Shown here one piece after another: positions 32,901-40,274 of a stretch of 64,000 bases of DNA; positions within the stretch are counted from its first letter, which is position 1; every line of letters begins with the position of its first letter. The notes below the pieces were generated by a model, which had not been told where the DNA came from, made no database searches, and saw nothing but the letters and a program-made list of their open reading frames with translations. The translations under genes were made by a program, and so were the position numbers. The stretch is from NCBI GenBank assembly GCA_963666285.1, contig OY762711.1. One strand, written 5' to 3'. Source of the stretch: Sedimentisphaerales bacterium. GTDB taxonomy: Bacteria > Planctomycetota > Phycisphaerae > Sedimentisphaerales > SM23-30.

Positions 32901-34423
32901 TCCTGAGGAGTATAAACAATAACTCCATTTTCTATAACATAACGGGTTAGGGTAATATAAACATCTGCAGTACTCTGCTTGACATACAGCTGGTAGATAT
33001 CTACAGGAAGTCCTTCAAAACCTTGATCAGTTTGAATTAAACCATCAAAAATCATCTCGTAGGTATTTAAACCAGCAAAGGTCTCTGTTGAATAAGCAGC
33101 CTGAATTACATCATTATATGTCAATGATTCAAGAAACCTGTCTGGAGGATCGTCTGGGATCTCATCATGCTGGCCCATTTCTGTGACATCAGTATATTGA
33201 AAACCAACCTGAACACCCGGAATTGTAACCCCAAATTCGACTACAACAATTTTTCCATCCGAGCGATCTCCATTATCGCCAACTTTATATTGGGTCGCAA
33301 AGAGGTCGGTATCGCCATCATGATCGAAGTCGCAATATGCCATACCGGTAACCCAGATTTCATTATCGCGATCTTCATCATATGTCGACATAATCTCGGT
33401 ATCAAGCGACCGATTACCTGTAAACTGATTTTCACCAACACTCAAGGTCAGAAACCGATATGAAGTGGAATCATAGGCGAGAAAAACCGGTTCCGTGGTA
33501 TTGTCACTGTCATTATGATTTTCTTCACTAAAAACAATAGAAGTGATATTTGGGTTCAGAGCTTCGCCCGTATCATCGTCATTATCATAGCTTCGGATAG
33601 CACTGGCAGTATAGCTGCTGGTACCATTAACTTCACCTACCGGCTCTGCTTCACCAGAAAGGGGGTCTATCGTAATAAGCACAGCTCCTTCACCGGTAAC
33701 AACACCGTTTTCATTTACCCATGGGCCTTGAACTACAGCATAAATAACTTCTTTAAAAACCGTGTCGTCATAGAAGCCATCGCCATCTGTATCAATGTCA
33801 ACATCAGCCCAGGCGAAATCAGCAGATTCAAAACCTGAGAATGTAATTGATTGCGCAAATGGGTTGTTCGTATCGCGTACCTGACCGATATAAGTAGTAG
33901 AAAAATCGCCTGTTGTATCCATCCGGTATAAATAACCATTGGTGGTGATACCGAAAGTATTACCAACAGAATCGGTAGCAGTAGCATGGAAATCCAGTCC
34001 ACTGGCAGCAATCGGGTCGATTATCTCACCGTCATTTAAACCACCATCCAGCTCACCGGTTGTACCGTCAGGCAATATATAGTCTCCAGGAATACCGACA
34101 GGATCACCATATATGTCAACACCCAAAATTTCTATAATTACATCCTGCTCTGGCCCCATGCCGCTAAGAGTGCCTATTCGCAACTCATTATAGGCATCTT
34201 CACCATGTTCTGGATCGGCATAACGGTAAATATACTCGCCCTGCTCGCCTTTCGGCAGAACCAACGTGGTAAGTAGCACGCGGTTTTCCAGCGGTTCAAG
34301 AGATAAATTACTATTTTGCAGAGATTTATACCCCTGTTTTTCCCTGGTGCGGCTCAAAAGAGCTGAAAACAGGTTATTTGCTTTTTCGATACTTCTGCGG
34401 CTTCTACGAATCAATCGCTTCAC
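20972..34423 (-). CDS. Giant (4483 aa) acidic secreted/surface protein with LEPR-XLL N-terminal motif, beta-solenoid-like repeats, PPC-like domains and C-terminal metzincin-type zinc protease motif
   Basis: AAGGAG RBS before GTG; LSLEPLENRVLL. Many V.GDL/IG.I repeats, DxDxDG Ca-binding-like loops and PPC-like segments (DIDIYKVELAEGQYMQVDVDA). HELGHILGLEH followed by NVMNY Met-turn. Confidence 0.88.
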   Translation of the reverse strand: MKRLIRRSRRSIEKANNLFSALLSRTREKQGYKSLQNSNLSLEPLENRVLLTTLVLPKGEQGEYIYRYADPEHGEDAYNELRIGTLSGMGPEQDVIIEILGVDIYGDPVGIPGDYILPDGTTGELDGGLNDGEIIDPIAASGLDFHATATDSVGNTFGITTNGYLYRMDTTGDFSTTYIGQVRDTNNPFAQSITFSGFESADFAWADVDIDTDGDGFYDDTVFKEVIYAVVQGPWVNENGVVTGEGAVLITIDPLSGEAEPVGEVNGTSSYTASAIRSYDNDDDTGEALNPNITSIVFSEENHNDSDNTTEPVFLAYDSTSYRFLTLSVGENQFTGNRSLDTEIMSTYDEDRDNEIWVTGMAYCDFDHDGDTDLFATQYKVGDNGDRSDGKIVVVEFGVTIPGVQVGFQYTDVTEMGQHDEIPDDPPDRFLESLTYNDVIQAAYSTETFAGLNTYEMIFDGLIQTDQGFEGLPVDIYQLYVKQSTADVYITLTRYVIENGVIVYTPQDGTSSYLYTDEDIVAVETPSLAGGAAIGTYPVYHDQEIWFDGVTFYLDPSQTIPAPDDSYSGVWENGEIRPGIVVEEGNDVGMISIAGPVFGDVVVRDGSIGTFYAGFLGTNEFVVNGDLQNLAVGTQAGGINESDESWQPALNAIYYDYGQGYIYDTTTTVLEVLGQMGSFQSNEDWGLPIRVWGYDDVASFPGVFEYLYSDATDTENPDIQYYNTYREIERKSGTNTQGAVDFYSGSLDYIITNDTPESAQFLGTTSDGLIRVIGECESIVYDASDYYGFGALAGQEIEIKLFDTVVNINDITGIPYDPGSQAVYSLSVGSIVVYDPNGEIIAQSGEYDPITYAYKSISFTTEIAGAYTVLIQDALSYYRLDIEGVSETALGGGTILEDFRSDSYAGGVDSRPGIQVLNGNLGVISVVGYIHLGQFKTNNGDILSVRSLSTETLHEGLQSFVYEIDDAGGAYVGDESYVVAFGNIGEVRAAGNSYLEINAGGDIQSVHCDADLAASIYADGNIGSIYTGGNYGGITDGDTTWLFDIWAIANADGEGSPGIIDSIVIHGTNYADYSTGRNIDPHNPDIYSGAGNIRYVYIGGGGTAVWTSNEGQTIKIIDDSGSEVSISPGYEGEDYEVTEIIENEDGEEEEVTTILNDGGVISVGLIPVYGILPGEIATISPSEWPGGAGNVIVSVTSTDGIRISTTGDDPVEIGYVQVSGNIDNNVIISGNAPVSIFRLEVEAPVAVEDTDTDTTNDDTDDTDDTATENTSGYTGITTIVNSSGYWLDENGNPYDKRSSLTKTKWVGGDMLSIVVGEVSLPDVSDEDFGSAVTDSELEALLDITYDLESVNLKGNLGYSENTTGQYIVAPLVYDPTTVYANALTIAPGGSMYNGMYSSVAIEKISIAGRADGDIFVSASVSSIKLNSDNSDFEGQFDGVSAAIVVRGDLGRIDVGDGLEAPGTGEWAQAGIFVSNDINYVLAEGYDHDIAGAIIAAGNINKVAILDGADLEGYNYAGSWSCPNIGSTIGFQEFGIANGLSVYFDFTFDTYTLNELLISGADSEMTGAYIRTSNINKITLTNNAVGIDSSAIQTIVYGTDQSGLINQISVCGYGIRDSYISAGYSLNKLDVKKEGSIEGTYISADMKIGTISANIISDTNIFGGVNNINGIDKIIARDSIYDLTVSTGSLNVLSAKNYITGSSIWVEGDLNLIKAGKDLISNIVVGGDYGYLKKVQVGGDLGTLGGGNITVEGQIGTINVKGDFEADLYLNQSHQYYSNSDFKGYELKSLIVGGILDLTGNIYGDIGTIKGGGDLGNYGDELNIYGDLNKLQLGSGKTEAEILVDLNIDGDLGTIKTTGDIEGDITVAGNAKSISINLAEKTSGTHGLNGDVTIGNDLGSITVKNGDLNGAINVEGETTGAIKTVGCDLYGNAIIDGGYGLDITGSLDSYYVSTDDVEQIILRSYEGEEGSLTEDGVILIDGDLDKLIVDDIISGTIYVTGNVGTIYATAIRGASIVVGGNIGKIEVTTDVTDSVIVVGYDPGAGGTIDPADFAKIDGQGTDDFWELEDFQGQAWAADYEAGWLAGDYTSDTVQAEICSVYEAFLMTKYTIEGDVVDTREVATSGNINSIKIESLRYSSIAAGVSPGSDGMYGDLNGTDKAGDGISTIGSVTIGSHIGILENGSYRPFGIFADGEIGKLKIGGTTVNVPAQPSGSSGFRAWEIIDIDEFDLTAEPGTQLLSFEAGDSLEYPVGDGTVTFKMSGVGKGAVQFDTATGQILAIQLKDTNSKTSVTIQTRDLDEELQIGRIFTGDDGSLKNLVVDGTLVYSEDGDSLNIGGNIGKLVLNGIDSTLDDADAAMSLSVGGSIGNLIVKDINADSDNPIEFNVQGSISRAVIDNVSTYAVIGIDSARSILVNGSFEGILTSNDNVDNIQIKNNYDGIIFVDGDIKKVAVGGAIGDERSSDRAEATISATGYIKSFSAASMENASVVAGEDLVSVKIKGDVTRSDIVAGVILESVDDLRDSDVEVNQGDIVKVYIGGNFLESNIAAGVAPGEDGQFSTGDDVLNTKIIEKYDAPQVESVSIDIDGGGTGFNTIRIKLVDTVQEKSSNIDSVTIKGIIDETQWTSYEYAIIAAGDIDNVVVHGERFAGDDNVNLAEVSTKQLNTDLINKDILSLEDVASSAVWVQVDGLDQRFASTEEVFQQGVTDDTFVYGTGVSIRYDEATNTILFTDESGLLENLEGANYYKIILNSDVIQNKMGIKLDGEFTGELPSGDSQPGGDFVYTFAVADVGDLATTAFAPFDANDGFPQNYYWEYTSTLGDNRSYTGGVSMLDNDYYTLNNLQEGQILSVQLSDMSIYDDSWYYLADWYDNLFVELLKVEEHEEYNDLGLTSTVAYNEYYEGLSDAPTVASELSELFYSGDSFYGYDDEGGNFFKISVESPDGYDGQTVTSFEVLANDLIDVNSTIRTQGVIESLSAFGGHSGDSFWAIAEYIPASGDSYYTLVQVQNIERDVEIDQSESLAVVVADVDLSSYGLVGLVEDKDYREGEVRDILYGVTADGILYELNADIFSSDFGSIVDQDATDSDPATPIGNIVDTDGNVITDLNITGISQSREGDGLLILHDLQRGDYSSTRTDAIYKITFNSSNQPVAEYWLNPDPAEDGEYDFAGLASSPDGYTLIGMPNYGSPKGDTFTITYANETTSHEFGSDDVASLQAGLLNIYSDLDNHPENKETFSFVQNDLYYGFTIEYNSALTGQLQVEIDDIDFWETVTVNGQTQTMLAGSIVDWAYSDNQFVDVTVVNEVDVFGNVSSSLIIDIDATFAEGEANIYFSADSGSVWTMGQFSMDKVGELQGEDTRDATSTLPQHDMILPDITDLTVSSVVLETTIRLDANDILDFNLRKYLSNYLYSQLEGELDGDLLIEIQNDLIEKGQDELLAEFQASLVYTDYNALAYDSDQGVFALVSTETYDAKPIMVEDPINPEKGDVELTLSVLGDIYEKITPSIVSTEGETQLRITGIKGIEFGAVKQINAADGSTELVDRAELWAIVEVTSTFDPFGSGDIEVVTTDHLIKFEDILNPGENMVTSDWTMSGFDLGNVSELAFGSFPSNDVNPVLSEDKNELFGFDTLTNTLIRFDTREVKIDTDSGSQDVIVNVDFGRPEIIGTIDSGYEITAMDFDSKTRLLAVENNGNSIIQIDTAINAGSDRTKTIELLEEGEYSVLTFDSTLDDSEPILIRTVQGSPEYDSDGMFIRLNDGDWQTHDFGQTTATDLGTVQVSSSGNTDTDHGYYKFDISYTTGQGDITLVIDDIDWSVLGDVDSVKIDDTYSAAILDYDDNTITISIDTDSGSGSLELYFGSTVDILRPGLGYTTTTPVEDAEITIDPYSGTIELVANIEEDGNYVLRVGPTFSSSSLIYSFFGYNLVASEPIKYDLNIYAFNDGDSDFGITVTDSGLAYDSSAPDDSAVDLMDSSLGTEWIADERRYDEDSDDNLYIFNRDDIAGSTDWSMSAEGKLLTAGTAGHIEVTSELAMLQDIDIYKVELAEGQYMQVDVDALKYTGGSDVEFLVGVYNSDLEAIATIYTDSTDTVTPDELVDPDYVVQAINTLDVDGYEDHVLDPMTLKDLDGDGVAETLVGTYYIVVSMLVNSTSDGFVDTNNYGSVNPYTLSITTTDGGKSNIATSDGPQIVYLSFGDKETGENTIAEYLADSFPAASYEDVVERSAFSLDDFKDLPSYFMDDVDGDGLADDRVDVTWEYMVARMVVEIENAYREALDDPDTEVREDLQLIQFVTDIDVHVDRDGDGEEDYPDSAVLSVADFNVNRMEHSTVVIGGSYPLSGLMGIAETVDRHNSDRSDMCTVGSASIGDYYNLFLDGTDEENVDMAVTAIAGTAIHELGHILGLEHSTEVNPDLTYPVDSAAVYEPDNVMNYNPAAIDLAGAKFEERNKMADTDYYSYSVPQPGFQNEIDSLLRNLATKAPSIEDIQ

Positions 34424-34613
34424 AGTTAACTCCTTGCTGGATAATAAGGTTCCACGTCAAAAGTCACATAGTGGCAGGCTTTATGGCAGGCAAGAATACA
34501 GGGCGGCCATAATAATAACTTTTTGTGCAAAAAGTACGCCTAAATTTCTGCTGACCGGTGGTTGCCACCGGCACGGTCCCCTGTACTTATAATTACTCTA
34601 TTATTAAGGTTTT

Positions 34614-34642
34614 ATTCTCTAATAAAGCTTCAGATTTGTCAA
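34614..34642 (-). promoter_or_regulatory. Putative sigma70-type promoter of the giant surface-protein gene
   Basis: Minus strand TTGACA-17 bp-GAGAAT, implying a ~185-nt 5' leader. Confidence 0.45.
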
Positions 34643-34905
34643 CAAAAAAATAGAAGGGCCCGCCAAATAAAATACGCCGATAAGGTTTTTATTCACAACA
34701 GCTTACAAGCTGGGCCGTCCTTAATCACACCAATAATAAGTTCTTTATTAATTATTAGCCGTTAATCGAGTAATACCAGAAAAATAAACAGATATTAGTA
34801 CTATTATTTGAAGTATTTAAAAATAAACATCGAGTTAGGTGGGCCCAGAATCGTTCGTATTAGCACATATATTACTGAAAAAAACAGTAAAATAACCAGG
34901 TATTA

Positions 34906-36084
34906 TCAATGCTGATATGCTGCCTCTGAGATTTCAGCAAGTGCCCTGACGGCAACAGAAGCATCCTCAACTGTATTAAAAGGACCACCACTAAATCTGG
35001 TAGTACCACCCCGTTCAAATGAACCTATAGCCTGATGAGCATAAGGCGCACAATGCAGCCCCGGCCTGGTTAGCAACCCATAATCTTTTTCAAGCTTCTT
35101 TGCAAGTTCGACAGGAGTGTAACCATCTACAGAGACAGAAAAAACACTCACTCGCTGCTCCAGGTTTCGCGGGCCATAGACCGTCAAGCCGTCAACCGAA
35201 TCGGCCAGGGTAAGAAATTCGCGACATACTTCCATGTCATGTTCCCGAAGCTGATCTACTCCATGATCCAGAATCCAAGAGACACCTTCGCTAAGTGCTG
35301 CTATACCAAGGGCATTATGGCTGCCTGCCTCAAATTTATCAGGCATCTCCTCCGGCTGAAACGGGTCCTCGCTTCTGCTACCGGTACCGCCCTCTTTTAA
35401 CGGGCGAAGTACACTTTCCATTCCTGGCCGAATATACAAAGCACCTGTACCAAGCGGCCCCAACAAACCTTTATGGCCGGGAAATGCCAGGAAATCAACA
35501 TTCATTTCGTCAACATTTATCGGGTAGTGACCGATGGTTTGAGCTGCATCTACAAGATAAGGAATATCATGCTCTTTTGCAATAACGCCAATTGTGTTGA
35601 CATCCTGAACACTACCGCAAACATTACTGCCATGCACACAGGCAATAAGAGCAGTATCCGGCCTGATCGCCTTTCGGACATCATCCGGATCACACATGCC
35701 ATACCGGTCAGCCTTAATATATGTAACATCAATATCAAGCTGCTCAGACAACGCATACAATGGCCGAAGAACAGAATTATGATCCATGGCGGTAGTGATG
35801 ACATGCGAGCCTGGTTTTGTCACAATTCCTTTAATAACAAGAGCTAATCCATCAGTACAATTAAATGTCATGATAATATTCTGACTATGTGTACTACCTA
35901 TCAGGCTGGCAATTCGTTCCCTGCACTTCTGGATTACCACCCCTGAAGACATAGCTTCGGCATAAGCACCCCTTCCGGCGGAAGCACCTATATGACGGCT
36001 GTAATGATCCAAGGCCTTCCATACTGATTCTGGTTTTGGAAAACTGGTTGCTGCATTGTCAAAATATATCCTTTGGCTCATCAA
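34906..36084 (-). CDS. Cysteine desulfurase family protein (class V PLP aminotransferase)
   Basis: YFDNAATSFPKP, HGSNVCG, VDAAQT, FPGHKGLLGP, RPGLHCAP. Confidence 0.93.
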   Translation of the reverse strand: MMSQRIYFDNAATSFPKPESVWKALDHYSRHIGASAGRGAYAEAMSSGVVIQKCRERIASLIGSTHSQNIIMTFNCTDGLALVIKGIVTKPGSHVITTAMDHNSVLRPLYALSEQLDIDVTYIKADRYGMCDPDDVRKAIRPDTALIACVHGSNVCGSVQDVNTIGVIAKEHDIPYLVDAAQTIGHYPINVDEMNVDFLAFPGHKGLLGPLGTGALYIRPGMESVLRPLKEGGTGSRSEDPFQPEEMPDKFEAGSHNALGIAALSEGVSWILDHGVDQLREHDMEVCREFLTLADSVDGLTVYGPRNLEQRVSVFSVSVDGYTPVELAKKLEKDYGLLTRPGLHCAPYAHQAIGSFERGGTTRFSGGPFNTVEDASVAVRALAEISEAAYQH

Positions 36085-36330
36085 TCTATAAAGCTCCTGT
36101 TTCTTTAGCTGGCTTTCTACTCCTATATTTACGTCACAAACAATTGATTTTATAAGAATTCATAAGAAAAATAAAGGATTTGATTGGAAACGAATAAAAA
36201 TGAGAACTGCAAAGTCGATATAATCACGCAATTATTCGCTTTTTTATGAAAAATTGCTGGCATAACATCTAATAATCACATAAAATACTGAACTCCAATG
36301 AAAAAAACATTGGGATTTACCCAAATATCA

Positions 36331-36403
<73 letters not shown>

Positions 36404-36409
36404 TTAAAT

Positions 36410-36448
36410 AAAGCTTGTAATAGAATATATTACAAGCTTTTTGTTTTT
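36410..36448 (+). terminator. Terminator-like hairpin after tRNA-Ala
   Basis: AAAGCTTGTAAT-AGAATAT-ATTACAAGCTTT followed by TTGTTTTT. Confidence 0.7.
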
Positions 36449-36624
36449 ACATTATCAGAATATAATAGAAACTTGGTGATAAACAGCCTTGATCCAAATA
36501 ATACTTTTACCGGCATATCATGTTATATTTCCCGGCCAGAAGACTTCTGCAATACTACTTTGTAAAGTTCTTACATCATTTCATCCTTCCGATCTATACA
36601 CGGTTTTATAGTGCATTATGAATT

Positions 36625-37929
36625 TTACTTTCCAACTTTGACACATAACATTCGTTTTTGGTCTCTAATAAGCAGTTTGCCATCAGACAATGCTATCGGA
36701 GCCCAGTTCTGGTTGGAGCCGCCAAATCTTGTCATACGATTCTCATCATTTACCCCACCCTCTGCAAGTAAGGCAGCTGAGGCCAGTGGCTTAAAGCCGG
36801 AAGGGTCCGGCTCAATAAGATACAGTGTTTTAACACCATCAGTAGCCAGAATCAGTCCATCAGCTAAAATAATACTGCCCTTGGTGAATTCCGGCGAACG
36901 ATTAGTTTTCCACATTATTTTGCCATCCATATTCATACATACCATGCCATCATGACGGCTGTTAGTTCCATATTCGGCATAAAAATGGCACTTATATAAT
37001 AATGGAGTTTTAGTCTGGTCGCCAAATTCCTCAGTTCTAAACAGTTCTGTTGTGCCGTATTTGCCATCCGCTGTCTTTTCTACCTTGATCATCAGAGCCC
37101 CGAGTTCGTATCCGCCAACGATAAGTACCTTGTTGTCACCGGCATCAACGGCGCTTGAAACAGGGATATGACAATGCCAGTTATTAAACTGCCATATAAT
37201 GTCACCTGAAAGCGGATTAATACCTACAACCTTGCCCATGTCGCCACCTCTTCGGCCCGAAGCCGTTATCATAACAACATGGTCGTTACCGTCAATTTGA
37301 ACTATAGACGGGCTAACATATCCAGCATTACCTAATGATGGAGTTTTCCATTTCACATCACCTGTGAGCTTATCATAAGCAATTACACCGGCATCTGGAG
37401 CTTGAGAGGCAATAATAAGCAGATCACCATATATTAGCGGACTTTGGGTGATAGCCCAGGTTGGTATTCTCTGACCACCGAAATCTGTCCATATATTCTT
37501 ATTCCACACAGACTTGTGTGTATTTATATCAATACAATAAAGATCTCCGTAAGGACCACAGGAATACACATGCTTATCATCAACGATCGGTACACTTCGA
37601 GAGCCCGGAAAGCTTACTGAGCCGGGCGCCTTGTATTCAAGACTCCAAAGCTCTTTACCATTTGAAAGGCCAAGGCATCTCATATTGTCACCGACCTTGT
37701 CATCTCTATCGAGCAGATAAACTTTGCCATCTTTTATGACCGGACCACCATAACCAATGCCAACATTTACAGCCCAGAGCACTTCCGGACCACTTTCCGG
37801 CCAGGATCGCAAAATCCCTTGCTCCGGAGATATTGAATCCCTATTGGGACCAAGATATTGCGGCCAGTCTGCTAGACTAATACTTGCAAATAGCATTAGA
37901 GTTAATATAATCATGAATTTAAACTTCAT
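36625..37929 (-). CDS. Secreted PQQ-binding-like beta-propeller protein (planctomycete BamB-like family)
   Basis: Signal peptide ending SLA-DWPQYLGPNRD; WPESGPEVLW, repeated GxxxW blades, WAPIALSDGKLLIRD. Start 37929 behind AGGAG. Confidence 0.88.
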   Translation of the reverse strand: MKFKFMIILTLMLFASISLADWPQYLGPNRDSISPEQGILRSWPESGPEVLWAVNVGIGYGGPVIKDGKVYLLDRDDKVGDNMRCLGLSNGKELWSLEYKAPGSVSFPGSRSVPIVDDKHVYSCGPYGDLYCIDINTHKSVWNKNIWTDFGGQRIPTWAITQSPLIYGDLLIIASQAPDAGVIAYDKLTGDVKWKTPSLGNAGYVSPSIVQIDGNDHVVMITASGRRGGDMGKVVGINPLSGDIIWQFNNWHCHIPVSSAVDAGDNKVLIVGGYELGALMIKVEKTADGKYGTTELFRTEEFGDQTKTPLLYKCHFYAEYGTNSRHDGMVCMNMDGKIMWKTNRSPEFTKGSIILADGLILATDGVKTLYLIEPDPSGFKPLASAALLAEGGVNDENRMTRFGGSNQNWAPIALSDGKLLIRDQKRMLCVKVGK

Positions 37930-38005
37930 TTGACGCTCCTTCTTAATATCAATCTTAATACCATCAGCTATAACACTGAAAATCAAGCCATTGTTAAAAA
38001 TTTAA

Positions 38006-39196
38006 TTATAAAGCAGCTTTGAGCACATTGACAATATCGGCTTCCGTCATTGGCGGCAATGCCGGCAGATTGCCCTTGCCATCGTTAATTATACGCAAAG
38101 TTTCTTTAGCATAAGTTACAATCTTTTCATCGGTGATATCCAGCTCTGAAAAATGCGTAGGACAGCCAATTTGCCTTAAAAACTCTTCAAATTTATCTAT
38201 GCCGGCCATAGCACAATCAATATCATCCGGCCCTTTGGCTTCCAAACCAAAAATTCGTTCGGCAAACTGCACGAATTTAGCGGTATTGCTCTTCGCTGCA
38301 AAACGCATCCAGGAAGGATTGATAATTGCCAGGCCTGCGGCATGAGTAATATCATGAAATGCTGAAACCGTGTGTTCTATCATATGAACCGGAAAGCCGG
38401 CACTGCCAGACCCGGAGCCAATCCAGCCATTTAACGCTACTATTGAAGCCCATTGCACCTGGGACCGGGCTTCCAGGTCTTCACCGTTATCGATTGCTCT
38501 CACTCCATATTCCATTGCAGCTAAAATAGCCCCTTCTGCAAAACGGTCCTGAATCGGAGTATTGTCAGAACTATTAAGATATGATTCGGTAATATGTGTA
38601 ATAATATCACAAACTCCATAGGCGGTTTGATTTTTGGGCACACTCACTGTAAGTTCCGGGTCCACAACTGCTACTTTAGGATAAAGACAACCTGTACTCA
38701 TAAATGATTTTTCAGTTGTTTCCTCGTTAGAGATTACAGCGCCGCAATTCATTTCTGAACCAGTCGCGGCCAGGGTAGGAACGGTAATTATAGGTAACGC
38801 CGCAGTAGGCACATGCACTTTTTTCTGGCCATGGTATATCATGTCCCAGGGATCACCATCATATAATGCAGCGGCTGCTATAGCCTTTGAAGCATCCATT
38901 GTACTGCCTCCGCCAAGTGCAACAACCATGTCACATTTATTCTCACGTGCAATTGCCGCGCCGCGTCGAACAGATGAAATCTTAGGATTAGGTTCGACTC
39001 CATCACATTCAAATACTGCAATTCCGGCATTAGAAAGACTTTTAGCAAGTCGGTCGAATGTGCCATTACGCTTGACGCTGCCGCCACCGGTTACAACCAG
39101 GGCACTTTTGCCAAATTTGCTTGCCGCTTCACCAATTCGTTCCAAAGAACCGGCACCAAAAATTAAATGTGTTGGATTGTAATATTCAAAATTCAT
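38006..39196 (-). CDS. Iron-containing alcohol dehydrogenase (butanol dehydrogenase/YqhD-like)
   Basis: NFEYYNPTHLIFG, GVEPNP, GGGSTMDASK, TLAATGSE, HMIEH, HAAGLA. Confidence 0.92.
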   Translation of the reverse strand: MNFEYYNPTHLIFGAGSLERIGEAASKFGKSALVVTGGGSVKRNGTFDRLAKSLSNAGIAVFECDGVEPNPKISSVRRGAAIARENKCDMVVALGGGSTMDASKAIAAAALYDGDPWDMIYHGQKKVHVPTAALPIITVPTLAATGSEMNCGAVISNEETTEKSFMSTGCLYPKVAVVDPELTVSVPKNQTAYGVCDIITHITESYLNSSDNTPIQDRFAEGAILAAMEYGVRAIDNGEDLEARSQVQWASIVALNGWIGSGSGSAGFPVHMIEHTVSAFHDITHAAGLAIINPSWMRFAAKSNTAKFVQFAERIFGLEAKGPDDIDCAMAGIDKFEEFLRQIGCPTHFSELDITDEKIVTYAKETLRIINDGKGNLPALPPMTEADIVNVLKAAL

Positions 39197-39231
39197 AATT
39201 ATCATCTCCATTAAAATATATTTCATTATAA

Positions 39232-40266
39232 TTAATTATTCGTAGCCGCTTCATATTCAGCATCAGTTACAGGGCCAATCCATACAACATCATTTTCGCT
39301 CATCTTCGGCGTCATGCCGACATGTACAAATTCAGAATCAGGAGCAGCTCCATGCCAATGCTCAACAGCGGCAGGTATATTAACAACATCGCCAGGCGAA
39401 AGAAGTTGAGCCTCTTTTCCCCGTTCCTGGTAATAACCAAATCCGACAGTACACAGAAGAATCTGGCCAACATCATGTTTATGCCAATAAGTGCGGGCGG
39501 CCGGTCCAAACGTAACATTATAAACAGAAATATCACATTCTTTGTTATTTGTCAGGAACGCAAGCCATGCTTTGCCGGTAAAATTGTCATCCAGTTCTAT
39601 ATCTTTGGGAAATACATCCGGCAAATGTTCACTTCTGACTAACAACAAAATAGCACTTATCTGCTCATCCGTTAAACCATTGTTTTGACCTATTACTATA
39701 TGAGCATTTAGCTGACTCTCAACCCCGCCCATTGCCGCAAGCGCCGCAATGGTTGCCAGCTCTCGAGTCCGCCAGTCAAGAGTATCTCTGGCAAAGATAT
39801 CACCAAACAGATGCGACTTTAAATACTCATCAATTGCCGGGGCGAAATCAAATAGTTCACCTTTAACAGGAAAGCCGCATAGCTCTGTCTGATTTGCCGT
39901 GCCAAAATCGATACTTTTTCCCTCTGGCAGTGGGCCGGGGATCTCTCCTTCAGTATCAACAATGCCCTTTGCCTGGCGATCTTTCAATAATTCCATAAAA
40001 TTCTGCAATGCATTCAGGCTTCGAGGAAATCCACAGTATGTATATAACTGGGTAAGTACTTCTTTAATTTCGGAAACCGTTAGTCCGGCTTCCAATCCTT
40101 CGGCCAGGGCAGCATTAAGTTTTGCCATATCACCTCTTGCCGTATACATACTTATTGTTACTATCGTATTTTCTTTAACCGTAAGGTAATTCATTGTTTG
40201 TTTCTCCGCATAACTAATATCCCCCAATAAAAAGAGAATAATTATATAAATAATACTGTATTTCAT
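39232..40266 (-). CDS. Carboxymuconolactone decarboxylase-family (tandem CMD) + cupin fusion with signal peptide
   Basis: EIKEVLTQLYTYCGFPRSLNAL, HLFGDIFARDTLDWRTRELAT; cupin VTFGPAARTYWHKH...HWHGA. Confidence 0.85.
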   Translation of the reverse strand: MKYSIIYIIILFLLGDISYAEKQTMNYLTVKENTIVTISMYTARGDMAKLNAALAEGLEAGLTVSEIKEVLTQLYTYCGFPRSLNALQNFMELLKDRQAKGIVDTEGEIPGPLPEGKSIDFGTANQTELCGFPVKGELFDFAPAIDEYLKSHLFGDIFARDTLDWRTRELATIAALAAMGGVESQLNAHIVIGQNNGLTDEQISAILLLVRSEHLPDVFPKDIELDDNFTGKAWLAFLTNNKECDISVYNVTFGPAARTYWHKHDVGQILLCTVGFGYYQERGKEAQLLSPGDVVNIPAAVEHWHGAAPDSEFVHVGMTPKMSENDVVWIGPVTDAEYEAATNN

Positions 40267-40274
40267 GTCCTGAC

